A stretch of 64,000 nucleotides of DNA, taken from an uncultured Kiritimatiellota bacterium. GTDB lineage: Bacteria; Verrucomicrobiota; Kiritimatiellia; RFP12; UBA1067. The stretch lies in NCBI GenBank assembly GCA_934635225.1, contig CAKTYZ010000003.1, positions 99,210 to 163,209 on the forward strand, given 5' to 3'. The position numbers were made by a program, and so were the translations under genes. The notes under the pieces are model-generated. The model was not told where the DNA came from. It saw nothing but the letters and a program-made list of their open reading frames with translations, and did not search any database. Below are positions 35,611-44,876 of this stretch, one piece after another (positions within the stretch are counted from its first letter, which is position 1; each line of letters opens with the position of its first letter).

Positions 35611-35971
35611 ATGCTCGCGCCAACACTCCAACTGAAGACGAGAACCACACAGATATCGCCACATATGCAATAACATGGAAAAGTATACCTTATTTTCATT
35701 TGGCTTGTCAATCATGCGACCATGACAAATTAGAAACCACGACAGTAGATGCAAGTCTCCGCAGGTGTGGCATCGCGCGGAGGGGCGGGAAGTGGCGCGA
35801 GTGAGGAGCGAGGGTTTGCAGACGTCGAAGGGGTCTCGCCCGCAGCCCGTGGTCTCGCCGAGGCATGGCAGGCTGAAGCCGGACGGTTGTCTTCAGAAAG
35901 AAGCGCAACCCCGAACGATGAGACCGAGCGAACAGCTTCCCGCTCCGACGCGCGCACTGTCAAGCCGACAT

Positions 35972-36038
35972 GCCAAGGTCCACTACTCAAATGAGTAGTG
36001 CCGCGCACGACATCAACAACGCCACAGTTTGGTATACT
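35972..36038 (+). promoter_or_regulatory. conserved 30-bp motif (copy 1 of 3) plus TATACTAC -10 box upstream of the sensor-kinase gene (near-leaderless start)
   Basis: Plus strand: GCCAAGGTCCACTACTCAAATGAGTAGTGC (35972-36001), 31 nt, TATACT (36033-36038), 7 nt, ATG 36046. The motif orientation is inverted relative to the two minus-strand copies. The same motif could also serve the divergent radical-SAM operon. Confidence 0.5.
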
Positions 36039-36045
36039 ACACGCC

Positions 36046-36978
36046 ATGAGACGATGCGTTTACCTTCTGCTGGCCGGCCTCGCGCTGTTGCCGTCCGCCC
36101 TGCTGTCGGCGCCGCCCGAGCTGACAGGCGTCGGCGGCGACGGACGCCTCGACGCCGACAGCGTCTTCGTGCGGTCACCGTGGTGGCTACACACGGAACT
36201 CCTCGTCATCATCGGCGTCCTGCTCGTCGTCCTCGTCGCCGTGAGCGCCTGGAACCGCTCGATCCGCATCGTCGCCCGGCGGCAGGCGCACCGGCTCGCA
36301 GAAGAGGCGCGGCGGCTCGCGCAGGAAGAGACCGCCCATGCGCGCACGCGGCTGAAGGTCGAGGAGCGCACCGAGCTGGCCGTCGAGATCCACGACTCCG
36401 TCTCGCAGGCCCTGACCGGCATCGCCCTCCAGCTCGAAGCCGCCCTCGCCACCAGTCGGCAAGACCCCGCGCGCGCGGAAAAAAGCCTCATGACGGCGAG
36501 TCAGATGCTGGCCTCCTGCCGGCATGAACTGCGCGGCTGCCTCTGGGACCTCCGCACGCGCACCTTCGAGGAGCGCGACCTGACCGAAGCCCTCGTCCAG
36601 ACGCTCGCCCCGCATCTCAAGGACGTCCGCGCGCACGTGCGCTTCAACGTCTCGCGCAACCGCCTGTCCGAAAGCACGACACACGCGATCCTCAAGATCG
36701 TGCGCGAGCTGACGGTCAACGCCATCCGGCACGGACGAGCCACGACCCTCCGCATCGCCGGCGAAATGTCCGACGGTGCCATCCAGTTCTCCGTCACAGA
36801 CAACGGCTGCGGGTTCGATGCGGCGACCGCACCAGGCCCGCGGGACGGGCATTTCGGCCTGCAGGGAATTCGCGAACGTCTCCGCAAATGCAAGGGCACG
36901 CTGACCTTCGATTCCGGCCCGTCCGGGACGCGCGTCGCCGTCACGATGCCGCAGGACCTCGAAGAGGAGGATCCATGA
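36046..36978 (+). CDS. sensor histidine kinase, NarL/LuxR-partner type (HisKA_3 + HATPase_c)
   Basis: Signal/TM segment, second TM, then EIHDSVSQALTGI (HisKA_3 H-box) and the N/G boxes (NAIRHG, DNGCGF, GLQGIRER). Stop overlaps the response-regulator start (ATGA). Confidence 0.8.
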   Translation: MRRCVYLLLAGLALLPSALLSAPPELTGVGGDGRLDADSVFVRSPWWLHTELLVIIGVLLVVLVAVSAWNRSIRIVARRQAHRLAEEARRLAQEETAHARTRLKVEERTELAVEIHDSVSQALTGIALQLEAALATSRQDPARAEKSLMTASQMLASCRHELRGCLWDLRTRTFEERDLTEALVQTLAPHLKDVRAHVRFNVSRNRLSESTTHAILKIVRELTVNAIRHGRATTLRIAGEMSDGAIQFSVTDNGCGFDAATAPGPRDGHFGLQGIRERLRKCKGTLTFDSGPSGTRVAVTMPQDLEEEDP

Positions 36979-37613
36979 GCCCCTCCGCCGCGCCAAAGAA
37001 AATCCGCATCCTGCTGGCGGACGACCACCTGATCGTCCGCATGGGCCTCGCCACCATCATCGCCCTCGAACCAGACCTGGAGATCGTCGGCGAGGCTGAA
37101 GACGGCTCCGAGGCCGTCCGCCTCGCAGACGCACTCGCGCCAGACGTCATCGTGATGGACATCATGATGCCGAACGTGGACGGGGCGGAGGCGACACGGC
37201 AGATCCTGTCTCGGCATCCGACGGCGAAGATCCTGTTGCTGACAACGTTCAGCAAGGCGGCGGAGATTCGCACTGCCCTCGGACACGGCGCACGCGGCGC
37301 CCTGCTGAAAGACGCCTCCCGACGGACGTTCGTCGAAGCCATCCGCCGTACGGTGGACGGACGACAGACGATCAGCCCTGAAATCGAACGCGAGATCGTG
37401 CTGGCCCAAAGCCTTCCGCCGCTCTCCGTTCGGCAGAAGACGATCCTCGGCTATGTCGCCAAGGGCTTCAGCAACCGGGAAATCGCGCGATTCGAGAACA
37501 TTTCCGTTGACGGTGTCCGTGCGCACCTGAAGACCATCTTCGCGCGTCTCGGAGTCGCCTCCAGAACGGAAGCGGCAACGACAGCCCTCGAGCTGAAACT
37601 GATCGACGCTTAA
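36975..37613 (+). CDS. NarL/LuxR-family response regulator
   Basis: KIRILLADDHLIVRMGL receiver domain with the phospho-acceptor Asp context VIVMDIMMP, and a C-terminal LuxR HTH (LSVRQKTILGYVAKGFSNREIA). Confidence 0.85.
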   Translation: MSPSAAPKKIRILLADDHLIVRMGLATIIALEPDLEIVGEAEDGSEAVRLADALAPDVIVMDIMMPNVDGAEATRQILSRHPTAKILLLTTFSKAAEIRTALGHGARGALLKDASRRTFVEAIRRTVDGRQTISPEIEREIVLAQSLPPLSVRQKTILGYVAKGFSNREIARFENISVDGVRAHLKTIFARLGVASRTEAATTALELKLIDA

Positions 37614-37694
37614 ACGACGGAACGCATCAACCGCGAAACCTCGCCTTGCCGCCGGCTATTCACGCAGACGACAGATCGCGCAGGAGCGGGCAAC

Positions 37695-40600
37695 TCACCG
37701 ACCGTCCGAGGCGTTGCGCGACCAGCCGGCTTTCAGGACGTCTAGCAGCGTCTCATTGATCGGGAAATCCGTTCCGTCCCTGCGCATGGCGTGAAGCGCC
37801 ATGGTATTCGGCGCAGTCGTCTCTCGGAAATTCCAGTAGGTCCAACTGAACCCGTATTCCTCAAACAGGCCGATGCGCCAACCCGTGTCCTTCGCCTGCT
37901 GCCGTCCGTCCCCGACCTTCTCGACGGCGAACTCGCCGACTAACAGCGGCACCTTGTGCTTCCGTTGAAAGGCCACCACCGGCTGAAGGGCTTCGCGCAA
38001 GCTTTCCGGCGTGCTGACCGGCGTGCCGAAGACAGCGGCGGCAGCATAAGAGTCGCCCGTCGCGTTTTCCAGTCGCATCCAGCCGCGCAGACGCCAAGAC
38101 ACGGCACGACCCGGCAATTTGATCCGCGGTCCAACCCAACCGTTAAAGGAGCCTGTCCCCGTGACGCGCAACGCACCCGGACGCGCGTGCCCGACCGTCT
38201 GGTCGTAAGCGACGACCGAGACGGGTTCGCGCTCCGCCACGAAGCCTTCGGCATCGGCGTCAAACCCATACTGCGCAACGACTCGCCCACGCTCGTCAAC
38301 CAACTCAATGTCATCGAACCACGCCGTGCCCGCGTTGGCGGACGACCGCAGCAACACGGCAAGTTCAGAATCCAACTCGCCGAACGTCAGGACCCGCTCA
38401 ACCGGCATCCAGCCGCACGTGCCGCGCGCACCCGCGCCTTCTCCCTCGTTGCGCAACCAACCGCCGTTCACCCCGCCACCCTCGTAGAAGTGAAAGGTGT
38501 AAATGAGGTTGCGTTCCGCCAGGACGTTTCCATCCCCCAGGCTCGTGGCGTTGGAGAAACTGTCGCCCGACACGACGATCACCTTGTCCGGATCGACCTC
38601 GCGAATCTCGGCAAGAGCCTTGCGCTGAAGTGTGACAAGCACATCAGGGCTTCCCTGCTGCGTGTCGGGCTCATTCAGCAATTCGTACGCGGCCAACACG
38701 TTCCGCCCCCGATAGCGTGTCGCCAACGCGCGCCAAAGAGACAAGAAACGGGCTTGGCACGCCCGACTGTGCCAAAGCTCGTTCTTGCCGCCGCGCGTGT
38801 GGGCAAAGAGATTCTGCCCGCCCGGCGCAACGTGCAAGTCCAAAATGACGTATTGCCCATATCTCTCAGCCCACGACAAGACCTCGTCGATGTCCCGAAC
38901 CCCTTGCTCCCTTAAGGCTCCCAGCCGATTTGGATCTTCAATTTGCTCGCAGGAAACGGCCAAACGCAAGACATTGGCACCCCACTCCGCCTGTCGTCGC
39001 ATATCGCTCTCCGTGTAGACCGTGCCGTCCGCCTGCCACCAGCCCCAGTTGATTCCCCGCAACACAATCGGACGATTGCCCGCCCAAAGGCGTTCGCCCT
39101 CGACGCGAACCGGCGGCAGGGCCACGACATCCGGTCCCAGATACTGCGTGTGCACGTTGTAGACCTTGACGCGTCCGCAGTTCCGGATCGTGTACAGCGG
39201 CGGCGGATCGGCTGGCGCGTCCGCGTGGAAAAAGACAAACGCCTCACGCAGGATCACGTTGTCGCAGTCCTCAAAGACGAAGAGCGTCTGCGGCTTCGCG
39301 ACATGGCACTTCCCCCAACCGAGATGGACAACGGTGTTCGTCAGGCCTCGGATACGAATGGGCAGCTCCTCGTTCTCCAGACTGTAGGGCGCAAACGTGA
39401 ATGGCACAAGCGCCAGGTCATATTCCTCCGGGTGGTCGCCCAGCATCCACCGATCGCCTTCGCCGATCGGTGGCAACGGCAATCTTTCGCGACTCTTGAT
39501 CGTCGGGCCAATGCCAGGGAACGGCTTCTCAGAGATTTGCGTCTGCTCCGCCGCCGAATAACGTGTCCCCGCCAGCGGCGGCGGATTCCAGTTCGGACGA
39601 AAGGCGTCCGGCACAGGTTTCCTTCGTCGGACGACAATCCATTCCTTTCCGGCGGCGTCCCGTTCAAAGTGCCCGCCGCCCCGCACCACGTTCTCTCGCA
39701 TCAGCTTCTCGCACACACGAAAAAGGTCGTCCAGCCGGTAGTCGCTGTATGAGAACGTGCGGCTGTCGTCAAGAACCGAGACATAGTCGGGCGCAATCGC
39801 CCGTGTGCCGCGCGACGTCAGAAGGACGCCCGCCGCACTGGACGGATTGCAGTCCGAGTCCCAGCCGCACTGCATGGCGACCTTGATTGTCCGCGCGAGG
39901 TCGCCCCCGCCATAGAGGAGACCCATCAGCAGAAAGGCGCCGTTCGGCTTGACGTCAGAGCCCTTCTGGTCGATCCGCCCGCGATGATAGGCGGGATCGT
40001 CGACGTATTTCGCCTCGACCTTCCGCCAGCACGCCCGCCAGTCATCCGGGAGCGCGCGATGCCACGCACGGACATCACGCACCATCTCCGCGTACTGCGA
40101 TTCCGGCGGCACGCACGCGAGTCCGGCATCAATAATCGCGTCAATGTCGCGGGTGAAGAACGCCTCGGCGTACATGCCGCCCATGAACGCCCCGGCCCAA
40201 ACGCCGTCGCCGCTGTTCACAAGCGTGCCGAAGAGCCGCGAGAGCTCGATCGCGCGCTGCGGCAGCCCTGGCGAGATGAGCCCCGCGTAGTCACTCTCGA
40301 TCTGGTAGTCGATGTTGTCCGCGCAGGCGTTGTAGCGCGGATGCCCGCAGTCGGGCGGCGCGATGCCGCGCCGCAGGTTGTCGCGCCCGGCCCAGTTAGC
40401 CGCGCACAGGCCGAACTTCGTGTTGGCGAAGTCCAGCCCGGCCTGACGCGGCGAGACGTCGAAGCCATGCTGTTCCAAGGTCCGAAGGAAGGTCATCTCC
40501 ACGAACAGGTCGTCGTTGTCAAAGCCGCCGTTGATCATCTCAGGCTCCCAGACTGGAACCTTCTCGTCGGGAATCGGCTCGCCCTGGTACCTGAATTCCG

Positions 40601-40760
40601 TTGGCAGCCCCCACTGGACGCCGATCATCTGCCCCAGCCATCCGGCCTTCATCCTGTCGCGCCAGTCTTTCACGGACAGCCGACGCACGTCTGCATCGTC
40701 CGCGCCCGCACAGCAAGCCGAGCCCGCGAGCAGTCCCGCCGCGAGAAACGCGTTCATCAT
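37695..40760 (-). CDS. secreted multidomain protein: ADP-ribosylglycohydrolase (ARH)-like N-domain fused to a GH5 cellulase-family domain and a C-terminal beta-sandwich (CBM-like) region
   Basis: Signal peptide MMNAFLAAGLLAGSAC. The ARH-like blocks GWLGQMIGVQWGLPTEF and C-terminal GGGDLARTIKVAMQCGWDSDCNPSSAAG are degenerate versions of GxAxGDALG and GGDTDT. GH5 carries the acid/base LLNEP and nucleophile region LLVGEFAV. SD AAAGGA before MMNAF (40760). Confidence 0.6.
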   Translation of the reverse strand: MMNAFLAAGLLAGSACCAGADDADVRRLSVKDWRDRMKAGWLGQMIGVQWGLPTEFRYQGEPIPDEKVPVWEPEMINGGFDNDDLFVEMTFLRTLEQHGFDVSPRQAGLDFANTKFGLCAANWAGRDNLRRGIAPPDCGHPRYNACADNIDYQIESDYAGLISPGLPQRAIELSRLFGTLVNSGDGVWAGAFMGGMYAEAFFTRDIDAIIDAGLACVPPESQYAEMVRDVRAWHRALPDDWRACWRKVEAKYVDDPAYHRGRIDQKGSDVKPNGAFLLMGLLYGGGDLARTIKVAMQCGWDSDCNPSSAAGVLLTSRGTRAIAPDYVSVLDDSRTFSYSDYRLDDLFRVCEKLMRENVVRGGGHFERDAAGKEWIVVRRRKPVPDAFRPNWNPPPLAGTRYSAAEQTQISEKPFPGIGPTIKSRERLPLPPIGEGDRWMLGDHPEEYDLALVPFTFAPYSLENEELPIRIRGLTNTVVHLGWGKCHVAKPQTLFVFEDCDNVILREAFVFFHADAPADPPPLYTIRNCGRVKVYNVHTQYLGPDVVALPPVRVEGERLWAGNRPIVLRGINWGWWQADGTVYTESDMRRQAEWGANVLRLAVSCEQIEDPNRLGALREQGVRDIDEVLSWAERYGQYVILDLHVAPGGQNLFAHTRGGKNELWHSRACQARFLSLWRALATRYRGRNVLAAYELLNEPDTQQGSPDVLVTLQRKALAEIREVDPDKVIVVSGDSFSNATSLGDGNVLAERNLIYTFHFYEGGGVNGGWLRNEGEGAGARGTCGWMPVERVLTFGELDSELAVLLRSSANAGTAWFDDIELVDERGRVVAQYGFDADAEGFVAEREPVSVVAYDQTVGHARPGALRVTGTGSFNGWVGPRIKLPGRAVSWRLRGWMRLENATGDSYAAAAVFGTPVSTPESLREALQPVVAFQRKHKVPLLVGEFAVEKVGDGRQQAKDTGWRIGLFEEYGFSWTYWNFRETTAPNTMALHAMRRDGTDFPINETLLDVLKAGWSRNASDGR

Positions 40761-40791
40761 CGTCCTGTGTCCTTTCACTCGCACGCACCCG

Positions 40792-42123
40792 TCACTCGGC
40801 CGCCACGGGACAGACTACGCGAAGCCCGAAGAAGTTCTTCTGCAGTTCGTCCGGCAGCGTCAGGTTGATGCCCCACCGCACGCTCAGGCGGCAGAAGAAC
40901 GCCTTGTTGCACCAGCTACCGCCGCGCACAGCGGCAAATCCGTTGTCCGCAATCGCCGCACCATCCGCATGGGCGAGGTTGTCGTCTACATATCCGCCGA
41001 GGCACCATTCCCAGACGTTGCCGGCCATGTCGTAAAGCCCCCAGTGGTTCGGCGCGTAAGACCCGACGACGGCCGTTCCGTTCTCCGCCGAGCAGTCCTG
41101 TGCCGGCTCCGCACCGTCGATGAAGCCGCCGTTCGCGAGGTAGCGCCCCGGCAAGTTCGCGTCCGGCGCATCGTCCTGACCGGCGACGACGAGAACCGCC
41201 GCGCCGTTCCCCCAGCGCCCGTCGATGTCGCCCGCACGGGCCGCGTATTCCCACTGCGCCTCCGTCGGCAGGTCAAACGCCAGACCCGTGCGCGTCCGCA
41301 GCATGCCGAGATAGGAAGTCCCTGCAGGATCGGCAGGATAGTCGGCGGTCGCATCGTTCCAGTTCCCGGCCGCCTTGCGGATCATGTAGTAACTCACGCG
41401 CTCGACTGGCCGCATCGCGTAGTCCTGCACGTTGTTGAAATACGCACACCTGAAATTGCCGTTGTCGTTGTCCTTTTCTGGGATCTCCCATTGGCGCTGC
41501 GTGATGGGGAAGACGCCGATGTAGTAGCTGTCGGACATCGTCACCTTGTGCGTCTTTTCCGTGTTGCCCCAGTTGGCGCTTCCCATCGTCCACGTGACGT
41601 CCTTGGCCATGATCTTGCGCAGCACGAGGGATGTCGTGCGGTAGTCGGCGTTCGCGAGCAGACCTCCCGGCAGGAAGTCTTCGGACGGATAGTAGCGCTG
41701 CGTCTTCGGCTGCGCACCGCTCGAGATATCGACAACCATGTAATCGGGCGGATTGTCCAGTGCCCACGCCTTGACGACGGCCCGCGCACCGCCGTTCGCT
41801 ACCTTGTGCCCAGGCCAGTCCGCGCTCGGATCCCAACGGATCGTGTGTGCACCGACATCGGACTTCTTCCAGCAGTCGCCCGTGACGCGCTGAATGTGCG
41901 TACCTCCGATGGACGACCAGACGCCGTTCGCGTCGTTCGTCTGGATGTCCAGCGTGATGATGGCTGGCGCGACGGCAAGCTCGTAGTCAACCGTGACCCT
42001 GCGATGGCTATCCTGCCGCATCGCCACGGACACAATTTCAGGGGGTGGCTCAGCCATCGCGCAAGATGTGCCAACCACGCCGACGATGACGCCACACAGG
42101 CAAGCGAACTGACTTCTGTTCAT
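40792..42123 (-). CDS. secreted formylglycine-generating-enzyme (FGE)-sulfatase domain protein (SUMF1/EgtB/PvdO superfamily)
   Basis: Signal peptide. C-terminal hallmark NHWGLYDMAGNVWEW...RGGSW of the FGE-sulfatase fold, and an earlier YRLPTEAEWEYAARAG-like block (LPTEAQWEYAARAG). Confidence 0.75.
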   Translation of the reverse strand: MNRSQFACLCGVIVGVVGTSCAMAEPPPEIVSVAMRQDSHRRVTVDYELAVAPAIITLDIQTNDANGVWSSIGGTHIQRVTGDCWKKSDVGAHTIRWDPSADWPGHKVANGGARAVVKAWALDNPPDYMVVDISSGAQPKTQRYYPSEDFLPGGLLANADYRTTSLVLRKIMAKDVTWTMGSANWGNTEKTHKVTMSDSYYIGVFPITQRQWEIPEKDNDNGNFRCAYFNNVQDYAMRPVERVSYYMIRKAAGNWNDATADYPADPAGTSYLGMLRTRTGLAFDLPTEAQWEYAARAGDIDGRWGNGAAVLVVAGQDDAPDANLPGRYLANGGFIDGAEPAQDCSAENGTAVVGSYAPNHWGLYDMAGNVWEWCLGGYVDDNLAHADGAAIADNGFAAVRGGSWCNKAFFCRLSVRWGINLTLPDELQKNFFGLRVVCPVAAE

Positions 42124-42163
42124 GGGACGGTTCCTTTCGTCTTGTGTTTTTCGTTTGTGCTTG

Positions 42164-42421
42164 TTAGCGAATGATGTAGAAGAAGCCTGGCATCAGCGTC
42201 GGATCGATGCCGATGCCCTCCGACCACAGCCATGTGCAGAACCTGGCTTCCAAGGCCCCCGCCGTCGTGCAGACGGACACGCCGCCAGAGTCGAGTCCAC
42301 CCACGGCGCATCTCTCCGCGATGGGAACCGACACGGTGTTTCCGCTGACAATGCAACTGTCAGCTTCGCCAAACGACGCGCACGCGACGGCGCATGCCAG
42401 ACAAGCCAGTAGTCTCTTCAT
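42164..42421 (-). CDS. small secreted Cys-rich hypothetical protein (85 aa)
   Basis: MKRLLACLACAVACASFG signal peptide. The mature part has 5 Cys. RBS AGAGGA. Directly downstream of motif/promoter copy 3. Confidence 0.35.
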   Translation of the reverse strand: MKRLLACLACAVACASFGEADSCIVSGNTVSVPIAERCAVGGLDSGGVSVCTTAGALEARFCTWLWSEGIGIDPTLMPGFFYIIR

Positions 42422-42450
42422 GGCAGATGGTTTCCTCTTTCATTCCGCCA

Positions 42451-42501
42451 ATAGTATAACACGCACGTCGCGCCAAGGTCCACTACTCAAATGAGTAGTG
42501 C
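42451..42501 (-). promoter_or_regulatory. conserved 30-bp motif plus TATACTAT -10 box (copy 3 of 3)
   Basis: Minus strand: GCACTACTCATTTGAGTAGTGGACCTTGGC, 13 nt, TATACTAT, 29-nt leader with AGAGGA SD, ATG(42421). Sits between the clpB 3' end and the small Cys-protein gene. Confidence 0.55.
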
Positions 42502-42528
42502 CCTCCACGGTGATCAATCCTGTCGTCG

Positions 42529-44619
42529 TCAGAGGACGATCCGCCCGTCTTTGCCGGTGACCTTTATGTGCGTGCCCGGCAAGTACTTGCCGGCGACGAT
42601 GAGCTTTGCGATCGGATTCTCCAGATCTCGCTGAATCGCCCGCTTGACGGGACGTGCGCCATACGCCGGATCGTAGCCGTCCGCAACCAACACATCCATC
42701 GCCTTGTCATCGACTTCAAGCGTGAACTCTTGGTCAGCAAGCCGTCTGGTGAGATCCTTCAGCTGAAGTTTCACGATTTCGCGGATTTGGTCTTTCGTCA
42801 GCGAATCGAACTCCAAAACCTCATCCAGTCGGTTCAGGAACTCGGGACGGAAGATGTCCTTCAACGCCTCCTTCGACGCGTTCGAGGTCATGATGACGAC
42901 CGTGTTCTTGAACGAAACCGTCCGCCCGTGGCTGTCCGTGAGACGACCGTCGTCCAGCACCTGCAAAAGCAAGTTGAAGACATCCGGATGTGCCTTCTCG
43001 ATCTCGTCCAACAGGACGACCGAGAACTGTTTGCGGCGCACGGCTTCCGTGAGTTGGCCGCCATCCTCGAAGCCCACATAGCCCGGAGGTGCGCCGACGA
43101 GACGCGAGACGGCAAACTTCTCCATGTATTCGGACATGTCGAGGCGTACCATCGCGTTTTCATCGTCGAAGAGCTCCTGCGCGAGGGCCTTGGCGAGTTC
43201 CGTCTTGCCGACACCCGTCGGGCCGAGGAACAGGAACGCGCCAATCGGGCGATTCCGGTTCTTGATGCCTGCGCGCGAACGAATGACCGCGTCTGCAACG
43301 GCATCCACGGCCTTGTCCTGACCGATGACGCGCTGGTGCAGCGTATCCGCAAGACGCACGAGCTTCTCACGTTCGCCCTCGACGAGCTTCGTCACGGGGA
43401 TGCCGCTCCAGCGCGAGACGACCTCTGCGATTTCGTCCGCCGTCACCTCTTCGCGCAGGAGAGCCGAGCCGGCATTCTTGCGCAGATCCTCCTCATGGAC
43501 CTTGAGCTTCTTCTCCAGTTCGGGAATAAGACCGTATTTCAAGCGCGAGGCCTCGTTGAAGTCGCCTTCGCTCTCAGCGCGCTCGTAACGGTGCTTCTCC
43601 TCTTCGAGACGCGTACGGACGCGGCGCACGTCTTCAAGAGCGCGCTTCTCCTCCTTCCATTGTGCCGTCATCGCGTCAGACTTCACCTTCAGGGCCTTGA
43701 GTTCGTCCTGAAGTTCTACAAGCCGTTTTTTCGAATTCTCGTCCTTCTCCTTCTTCAGGGCGATCTCCTCGATTTCCAGACGGCGCACGTGACGCGAGAT
43801 CTCATCCAGTTCCTGCGGGCAGGAGTCCATCTCCGTACGAATGCGGGCACACGCCTCGTCAAGGAGGTCGATCGCCTTGTCCGGCAGGAAACGATCCTGA
43901 ATGTAGCGCGAACTGAGCGTGACAGCCGAGACAAGCGCCTCATCGCGGATGTGCACATTATGGTACTTCTCAAAGCGCTCCTTAATGCCGCGAAGGATTG
44001 AGATTGCGTCCTCTTCGCTCGGCGGATCGACCTGTACGGGCTGGAACCGACGCTCCAGCGCGGCATCCTTTTCCATGTACTTGCGGTACTCGTCCAAGGT
44101 CGTCGCGCCAACGCAATGCAGTTCGCCGCGCGCAAGCATCGGCTTGAGCATATTGCCCGCATCGGAAGAGCCCTCGGTCTTGCCTGCTCCGACAATGGTG
44201 TGAATCTCGTCGATGAAGAGAATGATCTTCCCTTCTGACTCCTTGATCTTCTTCAGGACCGCTTTCAAGCGTTCCTCGAACTGGCCTCGATACGACGCGC
44301 CCGCCATGAGAGCAGTCATGTCGAGGGAGAAGACCATGCGGTCACGCAAACCTTCGGGGACATCGCCGCGAACGATTCGCTGGGCAAGGCCCTCGACAAT
44401 CGCCGTCTTGCCGACACCCGGCTCACCAATCAAGACAGGATTGTTCTTCGTCTTTCGGGACAAGATGCGCACGACGTCACGAATCTCGGTATCACGCCCG
44501 ATTACGGGGTCGAGCTTGCCGGCTTTCGCAAGAGCGGTCAAGTCCGTGCCATATTTTTCAAGACAGTTCTGCGTGTCTCCTGCTGGATCAAAACTTGCGT
44601 TCATATTCAAAACCTCCAA
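42529..44619 (-). CDS. clpB: ClpB-type AAA+ disaggregase lacking the N-terminal domain
   Basis: 696 aa. Starts about 10 aa before LEKYGTDLT (the NBD1 linker). Walker A GEPGVGKT twice, middle coiled-coil domain, and NBD2 with [15 protein letters not shown] and the sensor-2 GARP motif. Only 257 nt of upstream intergenic DNA, so the N-domain (about 145 aa) is not encoded here. Confidence 0.8.
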   Translation of the reverse strand: MEVLNMNASFDPAGDTQNCLEKYGTDLTALAKAGKLDPVIGRDTEIRDVVRILSRKTKNNPVLIGEPGVGKTAIVEGLAQRIVRGDVPEGLRDRMVFSLDMTALMAGASYRGQFEERLKAVLKKIKESEGKIILFIDEIHTIVGAGKTEGSSDAGNMLKPMLARGELHCVGATTLDEYRKYMEKDAALERRFQPVQVDPPSEEDAISILRGIKERFEKYHNVHIRDEALVSAVTLSSRYIQDRFLPDKAIDLLDEACARIRTEMDSCPQELDEISRHVRRLEIEEIALKKEKDENSKKRLVELQDELKALKVKSDAMTAQWKEEKRALEDVRRVRTRLEEEKHRYERAESEGDFNEASRLKYGLIPELEKKLKVHEEDLRKNAGSALLREEVTADEIAEVVSRWSGIPVTKLVEGEREKLVRLADTLHQRVIGQDKAVDAVADAVIRSRAGIKNRNRPIGAFLFLGPTGVGKTELAKALAQELFDDENAMVRLDMSEYMEKFAVSRLVGAPPGYVGFEDGGQLTEAVRRKQFSVVLLDEIEKAHPDVFNLLLQVLDDGRLTDSHGRTVSFKNTVVIMTSNASKEALKDIFRPEFLNRLDEVLEFDSLTKDQIREIVKLQLKDLTRRLADQEFTLEVDDKAMDVLVADGYDPAYGARPVKRAIQRDLENPIAKLIVAGKYLPGTHIKVTGKDGRIVL

Positions 44620-44876
44620 TCACGCCAATGGTCTTGCAAAGCCCGTGCCAAGCCCGTGCGAGACCGATTGCAGCCCGTCTCCGCGCCATTTTGTCCCAGC
44701 GCATCTGTTCACGGCACAGTCTCGCCCGCTTGAAATCGGACGGTAAGAGTCTCCTCCGTGTCAGCGTGCGCATCTTCCAGCGCGAACCATCAGAACAGAA
44801 CCGCGCGACGGAAGATTCCCTCCCGCCGCGCAGCAACCAAACGTCAGACTTTCGTCTGACCGCTCACTCTGACAAC

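Noticed and set aside
33559-35754. The 731-aa ORF as a single protein
   Set aside because: It is a chimera. Frame A of the radical-SAM gene runs out of frame through the SPASM region and straight into the next gene (real start MKARKL at 34482). I split it into a frameshifted radical-SAM gene and a 308-aa secreted protein.
35981-36000. The 9-2-9 palindrome as a Rho-independent terminator
   Set aside because: 8-9 bp stem with a 2-4-nt loop, followed by GGACCUUGGC rather than a U-tract. All three copies sit upstream of promoters/start codons, not at gene 3' ends only.
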